64,000 nt of DNA from an uncultured bacterium. GTDB lineage: Bacteria; Verrucomicrobiota; Verrucomicrobiia; Limisphaerales; UBA8199. Below are positions 53,617 to 63,141 of this stretch, in pieces. The stretch spans positions 768,001-832,000 of the forward strand of contig CAVVMW010000004.1 in assembly GCA_963749495.1 (NCBI GenBank). The letters run 5' to 3'. The notes under the pieces are model-generated. The model made no database searches. It had not been told where the DNA came from and saw nothing but the letters and a program-made list of their open reading frames with translations. Each line of letters begins with the position of its first letter. The first letter of the stretch is position 1. The translations under genes were made by a program, and so were the position numbers.

Positions 53617-56145
53617 ATGACAATCTCATTCACCGTTTGGAGCCGGTTGCTGCCGTGCTGTTGCGGATTCCTCGCCACGACCGCGCTCGCTGCAGGTCCC
53701 GCCATCGAGCATGACGCGCAGAATAAACGGGTCACTTTGTCAGGTGCCGGGTTGGTCTTGCGGCTCCGTTACGACGGTCAATGCCTCCTGGACCAGGTGA
53801 AGGTGCGCGGGCTCGATGTGGTCGCCCGCGATACGGGCGTGTGCACCGCCATCAAGTCCGGCGGCCAATGGTTCACCACCCGCGCCGCCATCCCGACACC
53901 ACAGGTGGAAACGGCCTCCAACAGCCTCACGGTGACGGGCATCCGCTTGGGCGGCGGCGGGATGGACATCTCCGAGACGTGGCGCTTCACCGTCTCTGCC
54001 GGTCGGATTGTGTGGCGCATCGAGCGCACCTATCTTGCCGGCGGCCTTGTCGAGGACACGTATTTTCCCGGTTGGGACTTTCAGGACATGTCGGTGTGGA
54101 CCGGGGCGCTTTTGGGCAACGGGGGTGTGGCCTGGGGCAAATTGTTCGATGCGCCCAATGCCTCCTATGGCGTCCACAATGGCCAGGTCACCTTTTGGAA
54201 CCAGGCCCGGAACGCGTGTTTGCGCATTGTTCCAACCGCGCCCGCAGGCGGCCAGATCGCCGTTCGGTTCAGCCGCCAGCCCAGCGGTGTCTTCTCTTTC
54301 AACTATTCCGTCGCAGAAACCCCGGCAACGCCCAACCACGGCCTGTCGCGCTTCCTGCACGACCGGCAGGACGTATGGCGGCCCTTCGCCGTCAAGCCCG
54401 GCCGGGTCGGCGTCGAGTTCACCTTGAGCGCGCCCGATTACGATCAGGCCTGCGGTCTGGGCACTTTGCCGGGACTCGACGCCGTCAGTGTGCGCCAGAT
54501 TAGCCACACGATCGCGCGCATTGGGGTGGTCGACGAACTGCTCATGGGCAGCAACGGCTATTACAGCGACTGCGCCGTGCTGCACGAGCCCTGGATTGCG
54601 CAAATGGGACTGCTGATCGACGACCCCACCTACTGCCGCGCCTTGAGCGACACGCTGGACTTCCAACGCCAGCACGCCATCGGGGCCGATGGGCGAGTGA
54701 AGCCGCGTTGGGCCGGCCGACCCGGCGATGAGCAGCCCGGCACCTACGATGCCTTGGGCTTTTACGAATGCCAGTGGGGCTGGCTCATGGACTCCCAGCC
54801 AAGCTGGGTCATCAACGTGGCCGAATTGTTCGACCTCACGGGCGACAGGGATTGGCTGCGGCGCCAGAAGCCGGCGTGCGAGCGCGTGCTCGATTACCTG
54901 CTCCGGCGAGACACCGATGGGAACGGTCTGGTGGAGATGATGAGCGATTCGGAAAAGGAGGGCAAAGCCAGCGATTGGATCAACGTCGTGTGGGCCGCGC
55001 ACGAAAACGCGCTGGTCAACGCGCAACTGTATTGGGCGATGTCCAATTGGGCCGGCCTGGAGGAACTCCTGGGCGACGCCGCTCAGGCCGGACGTTATCG
55101 CGCGGCCGCGGCCAGGCTCAAACACGGCTTTAACCGCAGCACCGCACAAGGCGGCTTCTGGGATGCGGGCAAGCAGTGCTATGCGCACTGGCGCGACAAG
55201 GATGGTTCGGCGCACGGCGCCAATCTCGTTGTGCCCGTGAATTTTTCCGCCATCGGTTACGGACTCTGCGATGAGCCGGGGCGGCGCGCGGCAATCCTCG
55301 ACCGGATCGAGTCCTTGATGGAACGAGAGCGCCTGTTCTTTTGGCCGTTGTGTCTGCTCTCGTATGCCAGGGACGAAGTGAATCCCGCAGTCAACTGGCC
55401 GTTCCCCTCCTACGAAAACGGGGACCTGTTCCTGGCCTGGGGTGAATTGGGCACGCGCGTTTACGCCGCCGGCCAACCCGCGATTGCGCTGAAATACGTG
55501 AGAAATGTGCTCGCCCAATACGCGAAGGACGGCCTTGCCTTCCAGCGGTATTTGCGCAAGTCCCAGGCCGGCGCGGGCAATGATATTCTCGCCAACAATT
55601 GCAGCATCGTGGTCGGGCTCTATCGCAACCTCTACGGCATCCAACCCAAATACAACCGCCTTTACCTCGAACCACATCTCGTGCCCGAACTCGACGGGAC
55701 ACGATTGAACTACTCGCTCCGCGGCCAGGAGTATCATTTGGACTTGAGCGTGAGCAACTATTCCGTCTCGGCGGGCAATTTCGTCCTCCGCGATCACCGG
55801 CCCTTTGGCGTCAATGTCGAACCAGACTCGCTGCAATACTTTGCCGGGCCCGACCCAACCAGCGCCCTGACGATCCGCGCCTCGAGCGCGGCACCGGTCG
55901 AGGTGGCCATTGCCTCCTGGCCGGAGACGCCGTCGGGAGAACGGGCCTGGACCGAGTCTTGCCGGCAACCCGGCCCCACCGCGCGACACGTCCTCTCCGG
56001 CCTGTCTCCCCGCGCGTCTTATGTGCTCTCACAAAACGGCCGGCGAATGGACACTCTCCAAAGCGACGCCTCCGGGCGGTTGGTGTTCTCGTGCGAGTTT
56101 GCCAACTCCTCTGCGCAGCATTTTGAACTGAGGCCAGGGCAATGA
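53617..56145 (+). CDS. Secreted (alpha/alpha)6-barrel glycoside hydrolase (GH78/GH116/GDE-like)
   Basis: TGDRDWL, DTDGNGLVE, SDW.NVV, NAQLY.A, YENG..F..W. Confidence 0.75.
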   Translation: MTISFTVWSRLLPCCCGFLATTALAAGPAIEHDAQNKRVTLSGAGLVLRLRYDGQCLLDQVKVRGLDVVARDTGVCTAIKSGGQWFTTRAAIPTPQVETASNSLTVTGIRLGGGGMDISETWRFTVSAGRIVWRIERTYLAGGLVEDTYFPGWDFQDMSVWTGALLGNGGVAWGKLFDAPNASYGVHNGQVTFWNQARNACLRIVPTAPAGGQIAVRFSRQPSGVFSFNYSVAETPATPNHGLSRFLHDRQDVWRPFAVKPGRVGVEFTLSAPDYDQACGLGTLPGLDAVSVRQISHTIARIGVVDELLMGSNGYYSDCAVLHEPWIAQMGLLIDDPTYCRALSDTLDFQRQHAIGADGRVKPRWAGRPGDEQPGTYDALGFYECQWGWLMDSQPSWVINVAELFDLTGDRDWLRRQKPACERVLDYLLRRDTDGNGLVEMMSDSEKEGKASDWINVVWAAHENALVNAQLYWAMSNWAGLEELLGDAAQAGRYRAAAARLKHGFNRSTAQGGFWDAGKQCYAHWRDKDGSAHGANLVVPVNFSAIGYGLCDEPGRRAAILDRIESLMERERLFFWPLCLLSYARDEVNPAVNWPFPSYENGDLFLAWGELGTRVYAAGQPAIALKYVRNVLAQYAKDGLAFQRYLRKSQAGAGNDILANNCSIVVGLYRNLYGIQPKYNRLYLEPHLVPELDGTRLNYSLRGQEYHLDLSVSNYSVSAGNFVLRDHRPFGVNVEPDSLQYFAGPDPTSALTIRASSAAPVEVAIASWPETPSGERAWTESCRQPGPTARHVLSGLSPRASYVLSQNGRRMDTLQSDASGRLVFSCEFANSSAQHFELRPGQ

Positions 56146-56193
56146 AACCAGCGAAGCCCTGGGCCTGGTCAGAGCATGGAAGGGACTGAATCT

Positions 56194-56554
56194 CCGGCCC
56201 AACGGGCCGGCAGAGCCTAGCCCAGGGCTGAGGCCGCCAGGCCGATGCCCTGGGACAACGCCCCGGGAGATTAGGCGCGCCCTGAAAGGGCGCTACATCG
56301 GAGTAGCCAACATTGGCACACCCATGTGGATTCTGGACCCTTGTCGCAGCCTTTGTCGCAACCTTTGTCGAATTTTGCGCGCTCTCGACAAAGGTTCCGA
56401 CAAAGGCCGCGACAAAGGTCGTGCCAGTGCTGCGTGGTCCGATTGACAAGGCTCTGGCGCCCGCTCAGGGCGCGGGGCCCAGGTTTGTGGCGAAACCCAG
56501 GGCATCGGCCTGGCGGCCTCGGCCCTGGGCTAGGTTCTGGCGGCCCGTTGGGCC
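56194..56554. repeat. REPIN-like doublet, copy 2, enclosing a different inner palindrome (CTTTGTCG / CGACAAAGG units)
   Basis: Arms 56194-56292 / ~56460-56554; inner repeat ~56339-56419. Confidence 0.85.
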
Positions 56555-56790
56555 ACGAGGCAGGCGTCGTCGGCGCTGCTCTTGATGGGGTACGGCACGC
56601 GGTGGACGCGGAAGAGGTCCTCGGCTTCGTGAAAGCTCAAGCCTAGAAGCTCCGCAACCTTGCCGCGCGACAGCCGGCCGCGAGCGCACTCGTCAACCAG
56701 CAGCGCCTCCAGGGCGCGCTTTGGCAGCGTCTCTCGCGCGTAGCCTAACGCCTTGGCAACGGGCTCGGGGACCTCAAGGGTGATTTCCAT
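56530..56790 (-). CDS. Solo UPF0175-family antitoxin; 3' end runs into the REP arm
   Basis: MEITLEVPE..ALEAL....RGRLSRGKVAELLGLSF.E..DL. Confidence 0.8.
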   Translation of the reverse strand: MEITLEVPEPVAKALGYARETLPKRALEALLVDECARGRLSRGKVAELLGLSFHEAEDLFRVHRVPYPIKSSADDACLVAQRAART

Positions 56791-56857
56791 ATGCGGCTTT
56801 CGGTCGTAAACAGCCTTTTGGGAACTCTACCACGAAGCACCGGCTAAGCGCAAGCAA

Positions 56858-56877
56858 TGGCGGGGGGGGTAGGATCC
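56858..56877 (-). other. Possible att remnant resembling a tRNA-Ser 3' end
   Basis: TGGCGGGGGGGGTAGGATCC vs typical reverse-complement tRNA-Ser end TGGCGGAGAGGGTGGGATTC (16/20), at the point where GC content drops. Confidence 0.4.
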
Positions 56878-57063
56878 TAATTTGCCCGGACTTGGCGGCT
56901 TTGGTGGTTGGCCCTATTTGTCTAATGCATTATATTAAATCCGTTTAGGCTATCGGAGCTAGTGGAAATGTGAACAAAGTGCGAATAGTTTGTGAATCGC
57001 AGTGAGTATGTTTTTACCCCGTTTTATTGACTGGCTCAAACAGGCGCATCATGCTCCAAAAAA

Positions 57064-58011
57064 ATGGCCCATATTCTTTCAGATCGAGAAATTAAAAAAC
57101 TCATCGGAGAAGTTCTAGTCGGCGCCGACGAGCACCTTGTAAGCCCGAATGGAATTGAGCTTCGTTTGGGGACGCAAGTCCGTTTCTTGTCCACCAATGA
57201 GCAAAAGGCGATCCCGGAAAAGCATTTTGTCGTCGTTCATCCAGGAGAAGCAGTCATAATTGTCAGTGTGGAATCCCTTAATTTTAATAAGGAGATTGTT
57301 CGGAAATATTTCCCACATTGTTCATTAATGGCGATAATCACCCCGACAACTACGATGATGCGAGAGGGCATGATACAGTGTGCCACCAAAGTTCACGCTG
57401 GATTTGTTGGGGGGTTAAACTGGGGATTCCGGAATAGTTCTGCCAAGGATTTTGTGATGCAGCAGGGTGAACCGTTATTCAATCTTACGCTTTTCCTGCT
57501 GGAGGGCAATGAACTTCCCGATGTTGAGTACGGAGAAAACCCAGATCACAAATATCAAAACACCAAAGGGATTGTGATGTCGCAGCGGAAGCTGCCCGCG
57601 GACATTTCAAAAGAGCAGATGGTTTCCTCATCGTTTCTTAAACTCGACCCCAAAATACAGTTGCGGGAAGCCGGACACCCCTTCAGTTATATCGGAACGG
57701 AATTGACTCAATTGCAGGGGAGATTTGAACTCGTTTCCGGTGGGGTGGAAGCCCTGAAAGAAAAGATTGACGAAACAAAGCAGTCTTTACTTGATAAAAT
57801 GGATACGATGTTTCAGATGAAATTCCTTTGGGCAGCCAGCCTGTGCATTGGGGTAATCTCAGGCTCTTATGCCGTGCGTGGCTTCCTCATTCAAAAAACC
57901 GTTTTGACTGCGGCAGAAACTTATGTCGTCGCTGGGTGCATTGGAATTGTGCTGTCTGGATTAGGGGTGCGGCTTCTGTTTCTCCCAAAGAAACCAGGCA
58001 AAAAGCACTAG
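57064..58011 (+). CDS. dCTP deaminase/dUTPase-fold protein with C-terminal coiled coil and two TM helices
   Basis: ILSDREI, P.GIELRLG, V.PGE, E.L, GF.G.L...N, GE, Y....KYQ; TMs FLWAASLCIGVISGSYAVRGFLI and YVVAGCIGIVLSGLGVRLLFL. Confidence 0.8.
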   Translation: MAHILSDREIKKLIGEVLVGADEHLVSPNGIELRLGTQVRFLSTNEQKAIPEKHFVVVHPGEAVIIVSVESLNFNKEIVRKYFPHCSLMAIITPTTTMMREGMIQCATKVHAGFVGGLNWGFRNSSAKDFVMQQGEPLFNLTLFLLEGNELPDVEYGENPDHKYQNTKGIVMSQRKLPADISKEQMVSSSFLKLDPKIQLREAGHPFSYIGTELTQLQGRFELVSGGVEALKEKIDETKQSLLDKMDTMFQMKFLWAASLCIGVISGSYAVRGFLIQKTVLTAAETYVVAGCIGIVLSGLGVRLLFLPKKPGKKH

Positions 58012-58015
58012 TGAA

Positions 58016-58237
58016 TTACTTCTTCCCTTTCAATTCGGCCACGATAGCAGCCCTGACCGCCTCTTGCGGCCCCGTAACGGGCGGGATTGCAAGGACCGTC
58101 ACAAACTTCTCATCTCGGTTCTGGGGCCCCCCTGGGTGACTCCAGGCGAAGCAGCGTTTGGCCTTGGGGTGTCCTGTCAAGTCGAAGACTTCAACTTGGC
58201 CCCGCCAGACCATCTTGCCGGGAAACACTTCATGCAC
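58016..58237 (-). pseudogene. N-terminally truncated conserved hypothetical protein
   Basis: HEVF.GK.VW.G.VEVFDL.GHPKAKRC.AWSH...FV.VL.IPPV..P..AVRAAI. Confidence 0.55.
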
Positions 58238-58413
58238 AGCCGGAACGGATTTTGGCTTTCGTGACGGCCCAAGGGAAGCCGGTTTCCAAGTCGGAAATCG
58301 CCGCCGGGGTCAAGACGAAGTATATCGGCGGGGCCTTGAAAAAGATGGTTGAGAAGTCAAAGACCCTCAGTTTCGACAGGACCGGCAAGGTGTATTCCGT
58401 GCCGGCGAAGTAG
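58236..58413 (+). pseudogene. C-terminal winged-helix remnant
   Basis: QPERILAFVTAQGKPVSKSEIAAGV..IGGALKKMV...GKVY. Confidence 0.4.
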
Positions 58414-58436
58414 GGAGAAGATCGGGACCGATTCAC

Positions 58437-58460
58437 CCCCGCCCTCTGATTTGGGCGGGG
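58437..58460. terminator. GC hairpin just downstream of the helicase gene
   Basis: CCCCGCCC-tctgattt-GGGCGGGG, no clear U-tract. Confidence 0.4.
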
Positions 58461-58473
58461 TCTTCATGCGCAT

Positions 58474-61400
58474 TCAACTGTGAACCGTTCGTGCGGCATT
58501 GATTGCCGCGACAATGCCCTCTTTCTCCTGTTGCTCGAAATGCCACCAGTTCGTGCTCCAGACCCGATGGACACGCCAGCCGAGCTTTTCCAAAACTCGC
58601 TGCCTCGCACGGTCGCGTGTTCGTGCAACGAGGGAACTGTGGTAGGCCGCACCGTCGCATTCAATGGCGAGAATGCTTTTGTCACGTTCCTTGATGATGA
58701 TGTCGAGCCGGAAATTGCCAGCGCCGTGTTGGCATTCGATGTCGTAGCCTTCGTTTTCCAAGAACTCGACAACCTGTTCCTCAAACGGCGACTCACAATA
58801 GACAACGTTTGAAACGCCATCGTTTTTGCGCTCAAATCGCTTGCTGCCAATGCCGAACGTGCGCGCTTGGTCGGTACTCTCCAACTCGGCGAGAAAATCT
58901 CTAAGGCAACGAAAGCCTCGGCTTTGCGCGCCTGTCGCTTCCAAGTCGGCAACCTTCAGCGACGAGACAACAATCAGGCCACTGCGAGAGCGAGTGATGG
59001 CCACATTGAGTCGGCGTTCGCCGCCGCTCTTGTTCAGAGGTCCGAGCACGGATGCGTTGAATTGCCCACCGGCATTCTTCCCATACGTCAGGCTCAAAAG
59101 GATTCGGTCCATTTCGTCGCCTTGCACAGTTTCGAGATTTCGCAGAAAGAATCTTGCCTCGTCAGCGCAAAAAGCGCAGACTTGGTCCGACGCAAAAATG
59201 AGTTGTTCGTCAATCAGTTCCATCTGCGGAATATTCATGGTGACGACACCGAGCGATTTGTCGGGATGCTCGCGGACGTGTAATTCAATCAGTTTGACGA
59301 CTTCCTGAGCTTCCGTCGGATTGTTCCGCTGACCGGATTCCGAATAAACTGCATTGGGAAGATAGTGCAGTCGCCGACCAATTCCGCTAATGTGCGCAGG
59401 CGGATACATTTCGAGTTTTCCGCCGTAAAACCAATTATTTGAAAAGGCGATAAGGTCGGGCGTTTCGCTGCGGTAGTGAGACATCAACATAACCTGCGTC
59501 TTGTCTTCCTCAAATACACCGCCGAATTCCTCCAACAGGCTTTCGCTGACGCCGAAATCTTCCACCTCCGCCTCTGGGCTCGCAAAGCTTGCAAAGAAGT
59601 CCGTCGGCGGGAGTTGGTTCCTGTCTCCAACGATGATGACCTGTTTGCCAAACGACATGGAAAGCAAGCCGTCTAGCACCCGTATCTGCGAAGCTTCGTC
59701 GAAAATTACCAAATCGAACGGAACGCCATACTCTTCAAAAATCTGCGAATCAATCAAGTTGGCAAGCGAAGTCGGACTCATCAGCCAGCACGGTTTCGCC
59801 GCGATGAGGTAATCCAGATGTGCGTTTGCCAACTCGCGAACTGTGCCGCGAATTCGTTGCAGGCCAGCCAGACGACGGAGTTCGGATTCGTTGTGTGCCG
59901 CGTATTGCACAGCCTCCTCCATCCTTTCTCGCAGGCTGGCTTTCAAACGGTCAATCACCCATGATGCCAGTTTTTCGTCCTGTTCGGTGAACTCCTTGAG
60001 CGTTTGCTTGAATTGAAGCCCGTGGGGTTTTGCGACTGGGTCACAGAGCCGAAGCAAATTGAAACAAAAGAGCCTCTGACCTTGAGATGGTTTGACCGAA
60101 CCGTCGAGAATCTTCGACCAGAGCGACTTGATTTCTGGAAACGCAGAGATTTTTCCGTGCCAGCGCTTCTTTTCCAACCACAACGGGCGGCGCTGCAATT
60201 CAGTCAGCATTTCACTAACTCTGGTCACGAGCGATGTGTAGTCCTGAATTCCGGCGCAAGGATGCTCAAAGAGCGCGTTGAGTTCGTCATAGGCCCTGGC
60301 CATAACGGTCTGATGATTTTTGAGATGGTCGCGCAGCTTTACCCAAAGCCCACTGTCAATATCCAGTTTTTGCTGACCACGCAACCGCTCAAAAAGATCT
60401 CGCCAAGCAATTACCTCATGCAGCCATTTCCAATCGGGATGGCGTTCACGCGCGCGCTGTAATTCCAGATATTTTGTGAGGGGTGCAAGTTTTTGTTGGG
60501 AATCAGCAAAATCTCGTTGCGCGGCGAATCCCGCCATGACGAAATTCACGCGGTCGCCTTCCTCTTGCTCGTAATCTTGAAGGAACTTATGGATGCGTTG
60601 ATGTGCTGCTGCGTAAAATGCAAGCGCGTCTTCGAGATTGTCGGATTGCTGTTGGTCGGGCAAAGCCAATGCATCAAAATCCGAAAGCACGGTCTTCACG
60701 GTTGCCAGCAAGCTGGCGTTGGTGGATTGCCAAAATGTTTCCCAGTGAACGCTGCCGACCTGAAACAAGTCGTTCCTGTCCCGCATCTGCTCCACGAAGA
60801 CGGCCATTTGTTCCAGCGCCTGCACTTCTTCTCTTGAAAGGTAGTTCTCGAAGTGCTCAGGGTTTTCATGGGCTATCGCGAGGTAGGCCGAAGTCAACTG
60901 CATCAAAACAACGTGTGTCTCTGCCGCGGCGCGAAACGCATGAACAGTGCGCAACGCCGTGACCGCATGAAGTGTGACTTCTTGCCACTGCTTGAACCCT
61001 CGCGGGGGAATTTTCGGGAACACTTGGCGGAGCGCATATTTGCATTTGCGGTCGTTGACGAAATGCACGCAATAGCTGACAAGGTTAAATCCGTGCTCGG
61101 CTTTTGCCTCGACATGTTCCCAATGGGTAGTCGCAACGCGCTCCAGAGCGAGGAAATGCAATGGCAAAGGAGAATTCTTGGCGTGCGTGGCACAGGCTCG
61201 GAAATGCGCTTTCCATCCGGCAACTGTTAGAACGGGCGTGGTGTCTGATTTCCACCAACCGCGAGGAATTGTCGTCGCAAGGGAGGCCAAAGAAATAACG
61301 GCGTGCAGCTGCGCCCGTCTGACCGTCAGCAGAGGCGAATAGACAAGTCCGATTTGTTCACAGAGTCGGCGATACGCTTTTTGGCTCGATTCAATTTCGC

Positions 61401-63141
61401 CGTGTCTGTCTTTGTGATACGCCTCTCGCCGTGAAAGGTCGTCCCAAGTTTCTGCGCCTTCGCCGTGAAGCAATTCTTTTGCAGTTCGCTCCGCAAGTCC
61501 AAGTGCTGCCTTCTCCGCTTCATCGGAATACTTCTCTGACAAAATGACCGGATGACGCGCAGCAACGATTCGCTCCCGGCGCTCCCATTGCGATTTCAAA
61601 TGGGCAAGCTCTGATTGGCTGATGTTGTTGTTTCCGATCAATTGCGTGTGGCAGACAGGCTTTTCCAGCACGGTTGTTACCAGGGCCAGCATGTCCGTCA
61701 CGTTTTCGTCTGCATTCAAGGGAAGTTCCATTCCCGCAGACGCCGCCCATTCTCTCACGCCTTGTAGCAACTCAAGTTGCGTCAGTATTCGCTCGATTGT
61801 CTCTTGAACCTCGTTTGCGGCGTTCGGATTATCGTCGAACGCTTCCACGCAAACATTGTTCCAAATGTTCTTGTTATCGGTCAGCACGGCGGCCAACTCA
61901 GGCCATTCACCCAAGCAGCCGAGTAGTTTTGTGAGCCGTTCTTTGGAAAGCGCCTGCCAGCTAGCAATCGAAATGTTCGGGACATGCTTTAATTCCTTTC
62001 TCAACTGAATCAGGCCCGCCAAAGCTTCACGCTTCGTGACCTGCAGGCACGGGTGGGCAATCCCACGAGCAAAGCGCACGCGCTCGTTGAGTATTTGGCG
62101 CGACTCCTTCAACTGAGTGAACGGAAAAACGCGGGCGTTATGGCAAGCGGGAAATTTGTCGGTTGCTTGTCTGAGAAACTCCCGCTTGTCCAAATCCTCG
62201 TCGTGAAGATTTATCATCGCTGGTTTCAATCCCACATTCGACAGCCGTTCCTCAACCTGAACAATTGCCGCCCTCTTGTCACACACCAACAGCACGTTGC
62301 GTCCGTGATACAGCGCGTCACTAATGATGTTGGCGATTGTCTGCGATTTGCCGGTGCCGGGAGGCCCTTCAACCTGAATACAGTGGCCGTTATGCGCAAG
62401 CTGGATGACTCGTAATTGACTGTCATCGCAGGGCAACGTAGGGCCAAGTTCCTCCAAACCGTCATCAGTGATTTCTCCAAGGTCAATCGCTTCAATTTTG
62501 CCCCCGGCGATTTTCGCTTGCACTACCGGATTCTTAGCCAACGCCTGCCTCAACGGCGGGTCGGTCAAACGGTTCTGAACAACCATCTGCTGGCTGCTGA
62601 ACAGGCCAGCGTAACTGTCATCCGTCACTTGTGACGCGCGATTTCCCAATTGAGCTTTTACCCATTTCGTTGCTTCAAGCGGATTGTCCGTAATGGACGC
62701 TGGAATTGATTTTATCGCTAATGCGCGAAGATGTGCCTGCAATACCGGATTGAATTGCCAAGGTTCGTCTTCGGCAACGACAGCCTTGATTTTGTCGCCG
62801 CTGGTTTGAAATGAAGCCCGCTTCAGGCAAACCGGGAATAGCTGCCTGCGCTGTTTTCCATCTACTGCTCCGGCAACAATCATCTCGATCGAACCGCTGC
62901 AAACAAATGCACAATGCTCTCCACGTTCACGAATGCGCGTTTGGTAATTCTTTTGGAGGTTGCGAGAGATTGGGTCGGCCATCGTGCCGATGATTAACGT
63001 GCCACCATTAGCGAGAGCGCTGAATTCAGTGGGCTGCAATAGCCGAAACCGCTTCACGGGCATTCTGACCAAAGGATTGGTCAACCCTTGTGCCGTGGAC
63101 TGCTTGAGCCATTTCTCCAAGTATTCAGCGAACGTCGGCAT
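58474..63141 (-). CDS. SF1 (DNA2/NAM7-like) helicase with DUF4011-like N-terminus and Vsr/MTES_1575-like endonuclease (Hhe-like defence protein), ~1555 aa
   Basis: DDSQ, GPPGTGKSQTIANII, KPCWLMSP, FDLVIFDEASQ, VGDRNQLPPTDFF, HYRS, NLETVQGDE.D, RRLNVAITR, ESPFE, IECDG..YH, RD..RQ..LE..GW...RVWSTNW. Confidence 0.9.
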   Translation of the reverse strand: MPTFAEYLEKWLKQSTAQGLTNPLVRMPVKRFRLLQPTEFSALANGGTLIIGTMADPISRNLQKNYQTRIRERGEHCAFVCSGSIEMIVAGAVDGKQRRQLFPVCLKRASFQTSGDKIKAVVAEDEPWQFNPVLQAHLRALAIKSIPASITDNPLEATKWVKAQLGNRASQVTDDSYAGLFSSQQMVVQNRLTDPPLRQALAKNPVVQAKIAGGKIEAIDLGEITDDGLEELGPTLPCDDSQLRVIQLAHNGHCIQVEGPPGTGKSQTIANIISDALYHGRNVLLVCDKRAAIVQVEERLSNVGLKPAMINLHDEDLDKREFLRQATDKFPACHNARVFPFTQLKESRQILNERVRFARGIAHPCLQVTKREALAGLIQLRKELKHVPNISIASWQALSKERLTKLLGCLGEWPELAAVLTDNKNIWNNVCVEAFDDNPNAANEVQETIERILTQLELLQGVREWAASAGMELPLNADENVTDMLALVTTVLEKPVCHTQLIGNNNISQSELAHLKSQWERRERIVAARHPVILSEKYSDEAEKAALGLAERTAKELLHGEGAETWDDLSRREAYHKDRHGEIESSQKAYRRLCEQIGLVYSPLLTVRRAQLHAVISLASLATTIPRGWWKSDTTPVLTVAGWKAHFRACATHAKNSPLPLHFLALERVATTHWEHVEAKAEHGFNLVSYCVHFVNDRKCKYALRQVFPKIPPRGFKQWQEVTLHAVTALRTVHAFRAAAETHVVLMQLTSAYLAIAHENPEHFENYLSREEVQALEQMAVFVEQMRDRNDLFQVGSVHWETFWQSTNASLLATVKTVLSDFDALALPDQQQSDNLEDALAFYAAAHQRIHKFLQDYEQEEGDRVNFVMAGFAAQRDFADSQQKLAPLTKYLELQRARERHPDWKWLHEVIAWRDLFERLRGQQKLDIDSGLWVKLRDHLKNHQTVMARAYDELNALFEHPCAGIQDYTSLVTRVSEMLTELQRRPLWLEKKRWHGKISAFPEIKSLWSKILDGSVKPSQGQRLFCFNLLRLCDPVAKPHGLQFKQTLKEFTEQDEKLASWVIDRLKASLRERMEEAVQYAAHNESELRRLAGLQRIRGTVRELANAHLDYLIAAKPCWLMSPTSLANLIDSQIFEEYGVPFDLVIFDEASQIRVLDGLLSMSFGKQVIIVGDRNQLPPTDFFASFASPEAEVEDFGVSESLLEEFGGVFEEDKTQVMLMSHYRSETPDLIAFSNNWFYGGKLEMYPPAHISGIGRRLHYLPNAVYSESGQRNNPTEAQEVVKLIELHVREHPDKSLGVVTMNIPQMELIDEQLIFASDQVCAFCADEARFFLRNLETVQGDEMDRILLSLTYGKNAGGQFNASVLGPLNKSGGERRLNVAITRSRSGLIVVSSLKVADLEATGAQSRGFRCLRDFLAELESTDQARTFGIGSKRFERKNDGVSNVVYCESPFEEQVVEFLENEGYDIECQHGAGNFRLDIIIKERDKSILAIECDGAAYHSSLVARTRDRARQRVLEKLGWRVHRVWSTNWWHFEQQEKEGIVAAINAARTVHS

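Noticed and set aside
56850..56935. Intact tRNA gene
   Set aside because: Only a degenerate 3'-end-like 20-mer; no T-loop TTCGA or cloverleaf
57064..58011. Calling this gene housekeeping dcd
   Set aside because: Catalytic motifs altered, TM tail present and foreign composition
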